Assembly (NCBI GenBank): GCA_026025075.1
Contig: JAPEUI010000062.1
Coordinates: 1-64,000 of the forward strand
Length of the DNA stretch: 64,000 bases
Direction of reading: 5' to 3'
DNA from: Vezdaea acicularis
Lineage: Eukaryota
Numbering within the stretch: the first letter of the stretch is position 1; every line of letters starts with the position of its first letter. Positions 36,129 to 48,942 of the stretch are shown here, in pieces. Under the pieces are notes generated by a model. The model was not told where the DNA came from. It made no database searches and saw only the letters and a list, made by a program, of their open reading frames with translations. Both the position numbers and the translations under genes were made by a program.

Positions 36129-39100
36129 ATGAATACAGTATTGCCGAGAGTTTTGACTCCATCCCTGACGGCCTCCTTGCCCTCTACCATCCCGCACCCG
36201 TGGATATCAAAATCCAGTCGCTCAGACTCTTCATCATCTCGAGGCAAACTTGCTGGCGACGAGCCGAGAGCGCTTTCGTCAGGTTCTCACTTCTCTGCCA
36301 ACTCTTCGACGCACATAGAATCCCCTAAAAATCGGCGAGAAAATGAGAGGCCAAGCACGCATACGCTGCGTTCTCTAGACTCAGATGATCATACAACAAG
36401 ATTAGACGTTCCACGCAGAGTCAGCACCACCCATCTGTTGCGCAAGACAAGCTGGGGAACAGACATTCCGTCGCCAAAGATTGCTGGAGGAGCTCATACT
36501 CTCGTTCTAGAGACAGAAGATCTCGAAGAAGTGGATCTAAAGCCAGGAGCTCGAATCCTGGGCGATGCGGAAGTGGTCACCAGCCTAGGTCATGCTAATG
36601 AAGTGCCCTTACTAGAGCCGTGTGTCGCAAATGACGAAAAGGCTAGAGATCATATTGCGCTTCCTTTGAAAGGGGAGCGCTCATTACGCTCGCTTCACCG
36701 ATGGATTAATACACTTCGTCGGAGAAGCTACGGAGCTCGGGACCTTCCCATACGGTCCCAATCCATGCGGACTCGTCGCCGTCAAGGTCGGCTTTCGCGA
36801 GAAAGTGTTCAGCATAGATTCTCGTCGTCAGCGTCTTCTACAGCATTCTTCACAGGGGTTAAGACAGCTAGCATCAGCCTCACCAGCCTAAGCTTACCTC
36901 CGCACTCTAAGAGACTAAGACCTTCTTCTCGTCTCAAGAGCGGAACGACAAGTGCAAGACTATCAGCCACGGACCAAAGATCCTCTACAGATAGTAGAGT
37001 GGTAAGCAACGCTCCTGTTGTTAATGAGGGAGTATGGAGTCGCTCGGTGGAACGTCGTAACATCCTGGAGGAACTTCTGAGCAGCGAAGAAAGTTACATT
37101 GCGGACCTAAAACTCCTTGCCAACGTAAGCTGCTGTGCTGAAGGGGCATTTCAGTCTGACATCAGCGCTTCTGCTAATTTAGCTAGGTCTACTTTACCCT
37201 TATTGCCTCTACACCTACGCTATCACAACAAACCCGACTTTCTATACATATGAATGTAATGGATATTCTTCATCTCCATGAGCGCCTTTTAGACGAGCTG
37301 CACAAGGTGATACCAGACTTTGATACAGTCCAGGATACTGCAAGGCCCACATGCCATTCTCGTGCTCATCTGAGGTGGCACAGTGTTGAAATTTTCTCCA
37401 CGGATGGCGAGGACTTGAATACCGAGAGAAAATTGAGAAGATCGATTGAGACCGAAAACATAGCCGCTAGGCAGAAAGGCACCATGACTGCAGAGCCACG
37501 GCTTGCAGCTGATGTAGCAAGAGTCTTCGAAAGACTGGTAACACCGCCCTGTTGCTGAACCTTCTCATGAAACTAAACTAACGCAGATGAGCCAATTCTT
37601 TGCATACGAGGAGTATGGCGCCAAGTATCAACTAATGCTGCAAGACTCAGCTTCGGCAAATAAGACGATTCCCTTATGGAAGACCTATGAGAGGGGTATC
37701 GAGGCCTTGGCCAACTCTCTGGCTTCAATCAACAGCTACAACGCACATTCTCAAAAAGGGCTCGCATTCGGAGACTTGCTTATCAAGGTAATCCAAGCGT
37801 TCGTTCTGCTGCTAGACAAGTCTAATGAGGTAGCCTATCCAACGTGTCTGCAGGTATCCTATCTTGTTCGCCGACCTCTATAAGCAAACTCCAGTATATG
37901 ATTGCCCCGAATCTCACGCAGAGCTGGAGAAGGTATTGTATCGTCTCCAAGAGACCACAAGAGAGATTAATCGAGCGACAGACGACCCAGACACACGGTC
38001 TCGTATCGAAAAGACTTGGCTCTTGCAGGATAGGCTTGTATTTCGTAGCTTTGACGGCGATTTACGGTCTCAAATTGCTGGAGCGTCTTCTCGATACTGG
38101 ACCAACACCCAACTCCCTATCACATCTACAAACACTATCAGGCTTTTAGGTCATGTTTTAGTTTGTGGGGTACTATTCGTTGCATGGCAAGGCGCGGATC
38201 GAATCCAGGGGCAATACTTGCTTTGTGCGCTTTTTAAGTCAGCCTTGATACTGGCAAGAGTCAATCGCGCAGGTTCAAGATATGACGTTGTTGCAACTAT
38301 TCGGCTCTCGAAGGCTAGAATTGATGCTGTCAACAACAGAATAGGTATCTTAAGGACCTTACAAAGGTGAATAGGAGCTTACCATTTCTAGGAATTGATT
38401 GCCATACGGCGTTGTTTACCTGGAAACTGCTCTTCGAGTCAGACAACAAAGCTTTCGAACTGATAATGAGTGCATGCTCTGCGAAAGAAGAATACCAGTG
38501 GAAATCAAAGATCAAAGAGCGTTGCTCAGCTGAGCTGATGGGAAATCCAAATCGCGAAGCCAACCCGCTCAACAATTTCCCAAGTCTATGCTCAGACTTT
38601 AAACCTATCCAAGATATCTGGAATCAGTCAGACACAACAGGGCACAAATTATTACTCCTTCGAGACCCTTTGCTTTCCTCACCTAACTCGCCAAATGCGG
38701 TAATTATTCGCAACACTCATGCCGTAAAGGACAGTCAAGCATCCCAATCAGACATGCCTGCGTCGCTTGCACGATCACACTCTTTGCTAGGAACAAATCG
38801 GATTCCTATACTTGCGCCGAAGAGATCCGAGAGAGTGCGTCTGGAGGCGGCGCTTGGCGATGTTTGGACTCGGAACATCTTACCTTATCCTGGAATGGCC
38901 ATCAAGCGAGGAGAGCATTTCATAAGGGCATCGGCTAGTTCAGTTATGAGGAAGCTCAGCAAGGCAAGTATGTCTAGTAACTTGACTAAAAGATCTGCAA
39001 GCAGCATAAGCCTGCCACGTGCTTCGAACCAGGCAAACGGCCATATTTCGACAAATGGAGATGTTGTCAAAGCATCTTTGGATCTTGACTTTGAATGTGG

Positions 39101-39404
39101 GTCGAAGAGACTGGATGGCAGCGTTAGACTGGATAACGGGAGAAGACGTCATGTTTACACAGGTATGCTCTTCGAACCACCAGTAAGGACAAGCTCTTCA
39201 AACAATTTTACAAGATCTAAAAGCACCCATGAACCAAGGAGAAGACCGCCTCTTCCTGATATTGAAAGCCACCCTCCTTGTCCTTCTAGCTTGCATAACC
39301 AGCATGGCCACGAGAGGGCTATGAAAGTCAAGAAAAGATGGAGTACACCAGCAACATTGGTTAAGACGTGGTCCACGGAAGGAATTCGAAGATTCCGGCA
39401 ATGA
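36129..39404 (+). CDS. Dbl-homology (DH-PH) Rho guanine nucleotide exchange factor
   Basis: RRNILEELLSSEESYIADLKLL, ILHLHERLL, FFAYEEYGAKY, DLLIKPIQRVCRYPILFADL across at least four GT-AG introns; start codon uncertain. Confidence 0.85.
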
Positions 39405-39985
39405 GCAAGCCTCGTCAATGACAACCTATGCATTAGAATAGAAAGACTATTTTAGTATCCAGCGCTGATAGCTATCATCATGTACCCCAGCAGATCCGTC
39501 AGACTTCGGTTAAAAAAAGCTTTGTCCTGGTGAGACTAGGCTATTCTGCTAAAAGGATAGAGTTGTGGCAGTTTGGAGATGATCCAGTCCTATTGGATGT
39601 CATTCGGGAGGTGCATCGGCGCACGATCTTACACGCTCTTTTTGATCTGCTCAGAGGTTGTCTCTCAAAGTCTTAGCTGATAGCCTATTATACAGCATGC
39701 TGCAGGTGCTGTTTTCATTCTCGTTACATTAGCACAAAAAATTGGAATTGTCGTTCACTTCTGGGCAGTTATGACCTGAGACAATAATGCGCGATCCAAG
39801 CCTATGACGTAGGGGTTAACCGAGCTTACCTTCGCCTATTAAGCTTCATGAGCTTTCTAAATAACCAACCTTTCACCACTTCCTACGAATCTCCAATTTT
39901 CCTCTCGATCCAACATCTTTAAAATCTTATCGAAAATAAGCCTTATTCCATACCTATCCACTCAAGCTCCCCTAGACCAATAATC

Positions 39986-40469
39986 ATGCCTCGTGGGAAT
40001 GCATCGCAGACCAAAGTCCATTACAAGGGCAAAGAGGATGACTTCGTAGTCTTCGTTGATGACGCTCAAGCCGTGAAGGCGTGGAAGGAGGATAGCTCTA
40101 TTCCTCTCGCGCAAGTCGTCAGCGGTTTTAAGATCTTCATCACCCATAAGTCAGCCACTACTCAATATTTCTTGCGTGTTATCATGGACTAACAAGGGGA
40201 GTCATAGGCACGGAGCTCAAGGCATCTTGGACGCCGCTAGCAAATCTACTCTTGAGAACGAATTTGGCACATCATATGACGATGAGGTTGTCAAAGTAAT
40301 CCTGGAGAAGGGAGATATACAGGAGACTGAGGTAGGCTTTCATATCTCCTTACAAGTTACTCTGACTTCTTGCACCGCTTGAGTCTAATTCGCACGTTTT
40401 CTTTAGGGTGCTGAACGACAAGGCTCGACGAATGATAGCAAGGGCTCAAGAGGCGCACATGGGAACTAG
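39986..40469 (+). CDS. RTC3: SBDS N-terminal-domain protein, Rtc3-like
   Basis: Three exons: MPRGNASQTKVHYKGKEDDFVVFVDD...FITHK / HGAQGILDAASKSTLENEFGT...ILEKG / GAERQGSTNDSKG. Confidence 0.85.
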
Positions 40470-40641
40470 ACCCGCTGTTTGACATCACCAGGGGATGTTG
40501 ATCTAAAAATGCTCGGAAGTGTTAGGAATTGACATGAGTAGCTGTTATGCTGGCTTAGCCAAACTGAATCAATTATTTCTCCATAATATCCCAGATCAGT
40601 GGCAGTGACTCCTACGGGCCACGAACATAACCAACATTCAT

Positions 40642-41711
40642 CTACAGTTTACTTTTCACCTCATCTGGCACCTCGATTACCACCTTCCCCCAAGTTTCTC
40701 TCGACCCTAATGCTCTCAGGGCTTCTGGAATACTTTCCAACCCCACATACTGCTTGTCTGTATATGCAGTGCTTCTGAATTTTCCTTCTCTCATCAAATC
40801 CAAAAGCCCGTTCCAGACCACTTCATGTGTCTTCGGTTCATTCTTCCTCACTTCGCCCCAATGTAGGCCTAGAATGCTGAGATTTTTTAGAAGTACTCGA
40901 TTCATGGCGACCTTTTCTATCTTCCCTGCCGCAAACCCAATGACCAAGAGGCGCCCGCCCCATGCCATACACTTGATGCTCTTCTCGATCATCCCAACCG
41001 GATCATAGACCACATTGACGCCAGCGCCCTTTGGCGTAAGCTTCTTTACCTGCTCAGGCCAGTTCTGCTGAGTATAATCGACGCAGTGGTCAGCCCCAAA
41101 TGCCCTCGCCACATCGAGTTTATGCTTGGTTCCTGCCGTCGCTATCACCGTAGCACCCAGGGTCTTCGCTATCTGAACAGCTGCGAGTCCCACGCCCCCA
41201 GCCGCCGCGTGTATAAGTATATACTCCCCTTTCCTCAAATTGGATCTGGTGGTGAGCGCCGCATAGCTTGTCGGTCCCGTGACAAACAACCCGGCCGCAT
41301 CAACAGGATTCCAGCCCGCAGGCACTGGCCTTAAGTTCTCTTCTGCCGCGCATATCTTCGTGGCATAAGCCCCTTGCGCCGCGCCAATAACTTTCGACCC
41401 GACCTCATACTTAGGTTTCTGGTCGTTCGGAAGCTTTGAGGGCGTGCGGAGTACCTCGCCCGAGAACTCCATGCCAGAGATCCATGGTAATGGAGGTTGA
41501 TGCTGATAATTACCTCTGATTTGCAGGAGGTCAAAAAAATTGGCAGCGCTTGCTCGAACGGAGATTAGATACTCCGTGGCCTTTGGTACCGGATCAGGGA
41601 GCTCCTCAACTTGAAGACACCGCGGACCCTTTGGAGGGGAAGTTAGCGAGATCGTGGATTTGCGGAGAAATTGTGAACCTTAACATATTTCGATACCTGG
41701 ATACCCCTCAT
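40642..41711 (-). CDS. MDR-family NADPH:quinone oxidoreductase (zeta-crystallin-like), peroxisomal
   Basis: MRGIQVSKYVK, intron 41678-41629, NFFDLLQIRGNYQHQPPLPWISGMEFSG, IHAAAGGVG; C-terminal SKL (PTS1). Confidence 0.88.
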
Positions 41712-42371
41712 GATGCGATTTTGCTTAGAGCATCTAGAAAAGGCCTCGTAACGGGTTTGAGAGTGCTCAGAAACGCGGACATGCTCGACCGAAGGCCCAG
41801 CGTCGACATAATGAATACGGATGGGTACCACTGGGCCGAGGTCCAAAGACTGTGTCACGTGGCTTTCGATACAAGCAGAGTGAACTCATGACAGCAGGAA
41901 CATAGACTATCTTAGCAAGGAGAATCTTAATATGTTTCAGATCGGTCACTCTCCTCGCTAGAAGCTCATAGACGAACATGGAAAGATGGGCAAGCTTATG
42001 CGGTGCCAAACGAAGAACCCAAGGCCGCTTGCGGCGTGCAGATGTAGCAGCCATAGAGAACTACTCTTTCTCTCTCTCCACTATGAAAAATCCCCCTTGG
42101 GTCATCACTGCCTATTACTATCGAAGCCTGTAATGACGAACCTTGGTCGTTGAGCTAAGAGTTTATTCGTCGACTATTGACTGGCAGAGGCTTAGGCCTT
42201 GATCGCCGTTGCATTTCTTCGTTAAACGTCATCCCGCCTTACATTTCGCTGTTCCGCCTGCGCCGTCCATATTTCGCGGAACTTTTCATCTCAGCTTTGC
42301 GACATTCAGTCGGTATATCATAACAACGAGACTTCTCTGCGTATTGCTGGTCAAATATACGGGCCAGAAAT

Positions 42372-43773
42372 ATGTCCGAAGAAGCCCCGCCGAAGCCTGA
42401 AGAGGGAACTGCAGCAGAAGAGGGTTATGTGACCTTCAACGTCAAGTCCTCCACCGACGCCAGATTTGTCCTCACACTTCCACCCACCACCACCATCGCC
42501 GAGCTTAAGGAGAAGCTTGCTACTTCAGAGTATGCTAATATACCGGCGGAGAGCCAACGACTAATCTACTCTGGCCGTGTTCTGAAGGATACCGATTCGT
42601 TAGCATCTCACAAGGTGAAAGATGGAAACACAATACATTTAGTCAAAAGAGCTGCTAGCAATCAACGGCAGAACCCAGCAAATCAAGGTGGAAGCCCTGC
42701 CGTAGCTACGGGAGATCAGCCAGGTCAAGTGCCGTCCAACATCGCTGCTGGTACGGGCAACGACATCTTAGCTGGTCTTACTGGTGCTCGATATGCTGGC
42801 CACGCTCAGTTACCAGGGGCTGGCATGTTCGGTCCAGATGGCGGAGTAAGTTCAATCCGCAATGGCTCTGGGTTCTTGCAACCTTGGTATTGATCTTTTG
42901 AAATTGTAGATGGGTGCCCCGCCAGGACCTGAAGCAATGGCCGACATGCTAAACGATCCCGCACAAGCAGCGGCCTTATCGGAAGCACTGCAAAATCCCC
43001 AAGTCATTGACATGATGATCAGCTCAAACCCGATGCTCCGAAATATGCCTAATGCCCGCGAGATGCTGCAGAGCCCGATGATTCGGCAAATGCTTAGCAA
43101 CCCGGAAAGTTTACGGTCAATGCTTCAAATGAGCCGTTCCATGGGCTTGGGGAATCTAGGTGGAGCAAACGTGCCGGCATTCCCAGCCCCCGGAAACGCG
43201 AATCCGTCACGAAACGCAAATAGAACGAATCCTGAAGGTACTGGTGCACGCGCGGCCAACCCTACGGGCCCTGCTCAGAGTCCTCCACCCGTAGATCTTG
43301 CTTCAATGATGGCAGCTATGCAAGGACAACAAGCACCTCCAGGAGGCGCCAATCCGTTCGCTACTCTGTTTGGTCAACCACCAGTGGGCGGTACAGGAGC
43401 TGGCTCTCCACCAGCTGGCTCTACACCGGCAGGAAACGGACAGGCAAACCCGTTCGCTGCGCTCTTTCCCCCACCTGGAGGGGCTACCGCCGCACCAGAT
43501 CCTTTCGCCGCTCTTGCACAAAACCCCCAAATAGCACGGCAGGTGCTGGAGATGATGGGAGCTGGAGCAGGTGCGAATCCTTTTGCAATGATGGGTGGTA
43601 CACCTTCCACTTCACCGCCGGATAACCGACCACCAGAAGAGCGATACGAAAGTCAATTAAGGCAACTGAACGACATGGGTTTCTTTGACTTCGACGCAAA
43701 CATAGCAGCGCTCAGGAGAAGTGGTGGGAGCGTGCAAGGCGCTATCGAGCATCTCCTCGCTGGTGGGCATTGA
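42372..43773 (+). CDS. DSK2: Ubiquilin Dsk2 (UBL-STI1-UBA)
   Basis: UBL with QRLIYSGRVLKD, M/N/P-rich STI1 repeats, UBA PPEERYESQLRQLNDMGFFDFDANIAALRRSGGSVQGAIEHL; intron 42847-42909. Confidence 0.95.
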
Positions 43774-44181
43774 CCAGGATGTTCTTCATCACGGATGGGA
43801 TGGGAGCTTTCCTAACTTGTAAGCAATGTGGATATTTTGCATTATGCTTCAAGAATGAAGGGAGCGATTGCTTTAAGATGCCTCGATCACGTATTCTCGA
43901 GGTCTTTATAAGGCAGATCTTTGTATCATCACGACTTGCTATATTCCTCCCCCGCACCCCACAACATGAAATATCGTCGCTGACAGCGTAGCCCAATCAG
44001 CGATGTGCTTGTCCACTTATGGTATAAAAGATCTGACCATATCTTCGTACAAAAACCAAATGAGTTGATACCCTCCCAAAACATGTCTTTGTGCGCCACC
44101 CAAATGCTAAATTTGCCCCAAACCCGATACCAAAATGCGCATTTCCAAGGAAGCATGCTGGTGGTACCTTATCTTCACCTA

Positions 44182-44687
44182 TCAGACCTTCGTGGGGACG
44201 TTATTTTGTTTCCGCTGCTTCTTAGGCCGCACCGTCCACGGAATTGCTTGAATCTCCTATGCATTCATTAGCATCATGCCCAAAATCCATTCACATGTTT
44301 CTGAGAGCTCACCTCGCCCTCACAATACGCCCAGAAGTATACACCCATCCCAATACAGTAATAAAGTGCCGGGTTGGTTCCCTGATACAGTAACGCACTC
44401 GCCATCGTGGGGATCGGCAAGAGTAGCACCCTGAGCTCCAAATTCATCTGCACCCACGTCCCTGCAATCAACGGCAGCGGCCATTCCCATACCAGCACCA
44501 AGATCGCGAGGACCAAGTTGATAGTCTGCAGGATCGGATAGGGTTTGACGCAGCCGTCGAGGTTTTTGGTCAGGAAGTCCCAGAAGAATTTCGGCCAGAA
44601 GTAGCCGTGGATGGCGGCGGCGAGTTGGTAGGTTGATGCGGTCAGGATGATCAGGCGCGCCCAGTGGTTTTTGATGAGCTTTCCCAT
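44182..44687 (-). CDS. noxD: NoxD/PRO41/HAM-6, fungal p22phox counterpart
   Basis: MGKLIKNHWARLIILTA...FWPKFFWDFLTK...WEWPL...YQGTNPALYY...WAYCEGE, then intron and last exon EIQAIPWTVRPKK...TKV*. Confidence 0.9.
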
Positions 44688-46812
44688 CTTGACGGGAGAG
44701 AGGGGAAGTGGAGGAGTTGAATGACGCTTGGAGGGTTGAGGTCAGAGAACCTTTGTGCAAATGGATGGGAAGTTGAATGTTGTACGGCGGCTATGCGCTA
44801 TCGACTGGTCGATTGCGGTCGCGAAGCCTTTGTACTCAGCATTCGGGAGCTTTTGGAATGCGGTTCTAGGCGGTGAGCAGATTGTGAAGACCCTCTTGCG
44901 CACCGATTAGGAGAGGAGTGGAGTGACAGCTAGAAGTCCATCTGAGAAGTCGAGAAAGAAGTCAAGAAGTCACACGTTGTCGTAGCTTAGCACCGGTTTG
45001 CTCTTGGCGCCTTTACCAGCGCCCTCAGTGTTGGGTTGGTTGAAGTTCTCGCTGGAGTTCTTGCCAGGGCCCGCAATGGCCGGACTGGGCTATCTTTAGG
45101 CGCGGTTGAACCCAATCGCGCCGTGATGCCGTCAATCGCTTGGTCTCGGCTTGCAGTAGCGGCGCTAAGGGCAAGGGTTTGAGTGGGCGAGCCCCAGCGA
45201 GCCTGAAGCGAGGGCCCAGCCGAGGTGCGCTCTGTTCCGGTCCGTGCTGCTGCTTCGCACAAGTTACCCCCCATCACTGGCAGAAATGGTTGGAATATTC
45301 TTCAGGAAAAACTCTATCCTCCAACATCTGTAAGTCCTCGTCTATCAAACGCCGTATGACTGCTTTTGAGGCTTGTTGGACTCTCGGTGACAACAAGAGC
45401 TATTGAACTCAATCAAAAGCCAACCTCACGTCAGATGGATGAGGTGGATAAGGCGAAGAGCAGTTCATGTTGCCGCATGGCGAGATAAATGCCGGCAGGT
45501 GTGGCGCTGACACTCTTAGCAGATGAAGCTCTTTGATTACCCCTTTGAGTTAGACATGTGGAGAGACATCACCTATCGATACCCTCGATGTCACTCATTA
45601 AGCCACTTCAATTGTCACGGCAGTAGGAAATCCAGGCCGTGAACTAGAAATCGAGTCTGAAATTCTTAAAGCGCGGGTGATTGAATTCGTGGGTCGAGGG
45701 CAAATGGGATGAGTGACGGCTGGGGCATTATTGAAAGCGCTTGGAAATGTCACCTCATTCGCCGCGTCGCCCCGCACCAAGTCGTGGCCGGCCGCCCATC
45801 ACATTAGCGACTCAGGGGCCGAGCCACTCAGGGCTCCGGAGCGCGGATCAGGCCAGTCACTGGCCCTGAAGCATGCGCGAATCCGATGCACACCTTTCTG
45901 CCGTCGAGCTCGTCCTCTTACTGGTAATCGACACCCACTTCTTTTACCGCCCATCGCATGTCCGCTAGGACGTGACACCGCAACAGAACCCGCAGGATGG
46001 CAACCCTGCCACTGCGCCTTTCACCACTTGGACCTCCGGAACCATGTGCCCGGGCAGTTAGATCTCGCTGCGGAGTTATAGACATCCTAGGCCCGTCGTC
46101 GGCCAAGAGAGCTTGAGAAGAGAACTGGAGGGCCGGCTTCTGGTCGTAGACTTAAAATTACACTACAGTCTACTGATCCATCAAACTCCCTCAGGTGGAT
46201 GAACACATTCCCCTTTCGAGACCGTCACATCCCTCAAATTCGGAGACACACATGGTCCGTGGGCAATAAGCTACGATTCTACTTCTGCTTGTGTCTTCTG
46301 CTACTCAGCGCGTAACTAGCTTGCGCAACTGGGATTCCCAACCTCCAACCTCCAACTGCTTGAACCGAAGTAACACCAGACTACCCTTGGTACATCGTCG
46401 GGACGACTTCACCACCGCTCCTCCCAGCAACAGCGTTCAGCTGCAGGTCCCTCTGAAGCTTACAATCAAGCCTCGGATACTTCAGAGTTCTTCATATCGC
46501 CCTTACGTCTTTCAGGCTGCCCCAAAGGCTTGCGCAAGACGACTCGCATATTCCCTGACCCAAATAACTTCGAAACGCTTTTGCGAGTGTAGCACCCAAG
46601 TGGATATCTATCTAAAGAAATATAGGTTGGACATCAATGACTGCGAAATAGAACTGTACTAGCCGACGGCAAACCCACAAGATATCTATGGTGAAAAACC
46701 CGTGAAGGCCAATATAGAAGGCAGTAGCGGATCTAACCTCACATCGTTGTATTTGGATTTTCTCCGTTAGCATCGTACTTGGGTTCTTTGTCTGTCAGGC
46801 AATTCAGCGATA

Positions 46813-48625
46813 ATGGCCGTTGAAAAACCACCGGACCCACTCTGGAAGAGGGCATACCTGAGAATCATGCGGGAATTGACGATACCTAAGATGATTTTCT
46901 ACACGCTACTCCATGGAGGGCATGTCACATTGTTTGCTATTGGATGGTAAGTTCAGCTTCCTGGGATCGAGAGCTTTCAATCATGTCCATACTAAGTCTA
47001 TCCTAGGTGGCTACAAGCCAACAACGCCAAGCTCGCAGGTCTCAATACTCTCACGTATTCCGTCTGGTTATCTCGAGGAGCAGGCTTGTGCTTATCAGCA
47101 GATGCAACTTTACTTATATGGCCCATGTGCCGGAATTTACTTAGATGGGTACGGCCCAAGCTAAGATGGTTACCATTGGACGAGACGCAATGGTTTCATA
47201 GGCAGGTAGCCTACTCGATGCTTGTATTCACCACCATCCACACTACGGCACATTACGTGAACTTCTTCAACGTTGAGAGGTACCAATTACGACACGAAGG
47301 CGCTGTCGAGATTCACTATACCCAAGTGGGTGGCATCACGGGCCATGTAATGCTCTTGTGCATGCTTCTGATGTATACCACTGCGCACGTCAAGATCCGG
47401 ACACAGTCCTTCGAGACCTTCTGGTACACTCATCACCTCTTTGTCCCCTTCCTTCTTGCTCTGTACACGCATGCCACAGGCTGCTTCGTGCGCGACAGCG
47501 TTCTGCCGTATTCACCCTTCGCCGGAAAACCATTTTGGGATCATTGCATCGGATATCAGGGCTGGCGGTGGGAGATCTGGGGCGGAGCATTGTACTTCCT
47601 AGAGCGAATCTATCGCGAGATCCGCAGCCGGCGTGCAACTTTCATCACCAGGATTGTGAGGCACCCCGAAAGTATGTCTCTCCCATTTCCTTCCCGTTCA
47701 TTACCATCTCCCTCACTAATACTTTGCAGACGTCATGGAACTCCAGTTCCATAAGCCTTCGATGCGCTACAAAGCCGGCCAATGGCTTTTCATCAACATC
47801 CCCTCTGTGTCCCGTCATCAATGGCACCCCTTCACCATCACCTCCTGCCCCTTCGACCCCTATATCAGCATTCATATCCGCCAAGTAGGCGACTGGACGC
47901 GCAATGCCGGTGATGCTCTCGGCTGCGGCCCCGCCCAGGCCAAAGAAATGTTCGACCTTGAGCCGAATGGCCTTTACGAAGTCGCTCTGCAGCCGGACCA
48001 GGAGCTTCCCGCCATCCGCATCGACGGCGCGTATGGAGCTCCAGCCGAAGACGTCTTCGACAACGAAATCGCTGTACTGATTGGGACTGGCATCGGCGTG
48101 ACTCCCTGGGCGTCAATTTTGAAGAATATCTATCATCTGCGGGCTAGCCCGAACCCACCCCGCCGACTGCGGCGTGTCGAATTCTTCTGGGTGCAGCGTG
48201 ACGTTGGCGCCTTTGAATGGTTCCAGCGCCTGCTCGAGAGTCTCGAGTACCAGTCCATGACCGAGGCCGAGCGCGAGGGCGGCAAGCCCGAGTTTCTGCG
48301 CATCCACACTTACCTGACCCAAAAGATGACACTAGACCAGATGCAGAACATCGCCATCAACAGTGTGGGTACAGACCGCGATCCTCTGACGGAGCTGCAG
48401 AGTCGGACCAACTTCGGCCGGCCACCATGGAAACGCCTCTTCAAAGGCATGGCGGAGGGTCTCGTCCAGCAGAGCTATATGGGCGGTCTGACAAACGAGG
48501 TCGAGAAGGCGAACGTCGGTGTCTACTTCTGCGGACCGAATAAGGCATCCAAAGATATTGAGGCGGCGTGCAGGGCTGCTAGGACGAGCCATGTCAACTT
48601 TAGATTCTGGAAAGAACACTTTTAG
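46813..48625 (+). CDS. noxA: NADPH oxidase catalytic subunit NoxA/Nox1
   Basis: Three exons; SVWLSRGAG, FHRQVAY..HTTAHY, FWYTHHLF heme histidines, QWHPFTITS (FAD), DGAYGAP, IGTGIGVTPW, GVYFCGP, FWKEHF; no NoxB-type N-terminal extension. Confidence 0.93.
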
Positions 48626-48804
48626 GTGTGGCTTTGGGGCGGGAGTTATGATATCATGATTGTTCTCGTATCCGAGTTGGAGGAAACTGTATATAATACT
48701 CGGCTGAGGTGGAAAGGGGGAAATGGTGTGTGGGGTAGTTGCATTGCACGGTTTTGCATTCGGTTTGGCTTGACTCGCAGGATTACGTAGCGAAGCAAAT
48801 ACAA

Positions 48805-48900
48805 TTTTAGATCCTCCTGAAAATGCCTTTGTCGCTCTTAACGCGCCATCTTTTATATCCTGCTCAAAATGCCCTTATCGCTCTTAACGCGTCATATTTT
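48805..48900. repeat. 46-bp imperfect tandem duplication (about 2 copies)
   Basis: 48805-48850 vs 48851-48896, 7 mismatches in 46 nt, core TCGCTCTTAACGCG. Confidence 0.8.
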
Positions 48901-48942
48901 AGTCCACCAACATCCGTGCGCCCTTAAAACCTCGCGGCGCCC

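Noticed and set aside
44987..46662. ORFs of 60-123 aa in the noxD/noxA spacer
   Set aside because: Mostly non-ATG starts, no motifs; expected by chance in GC-rich promoter DNA
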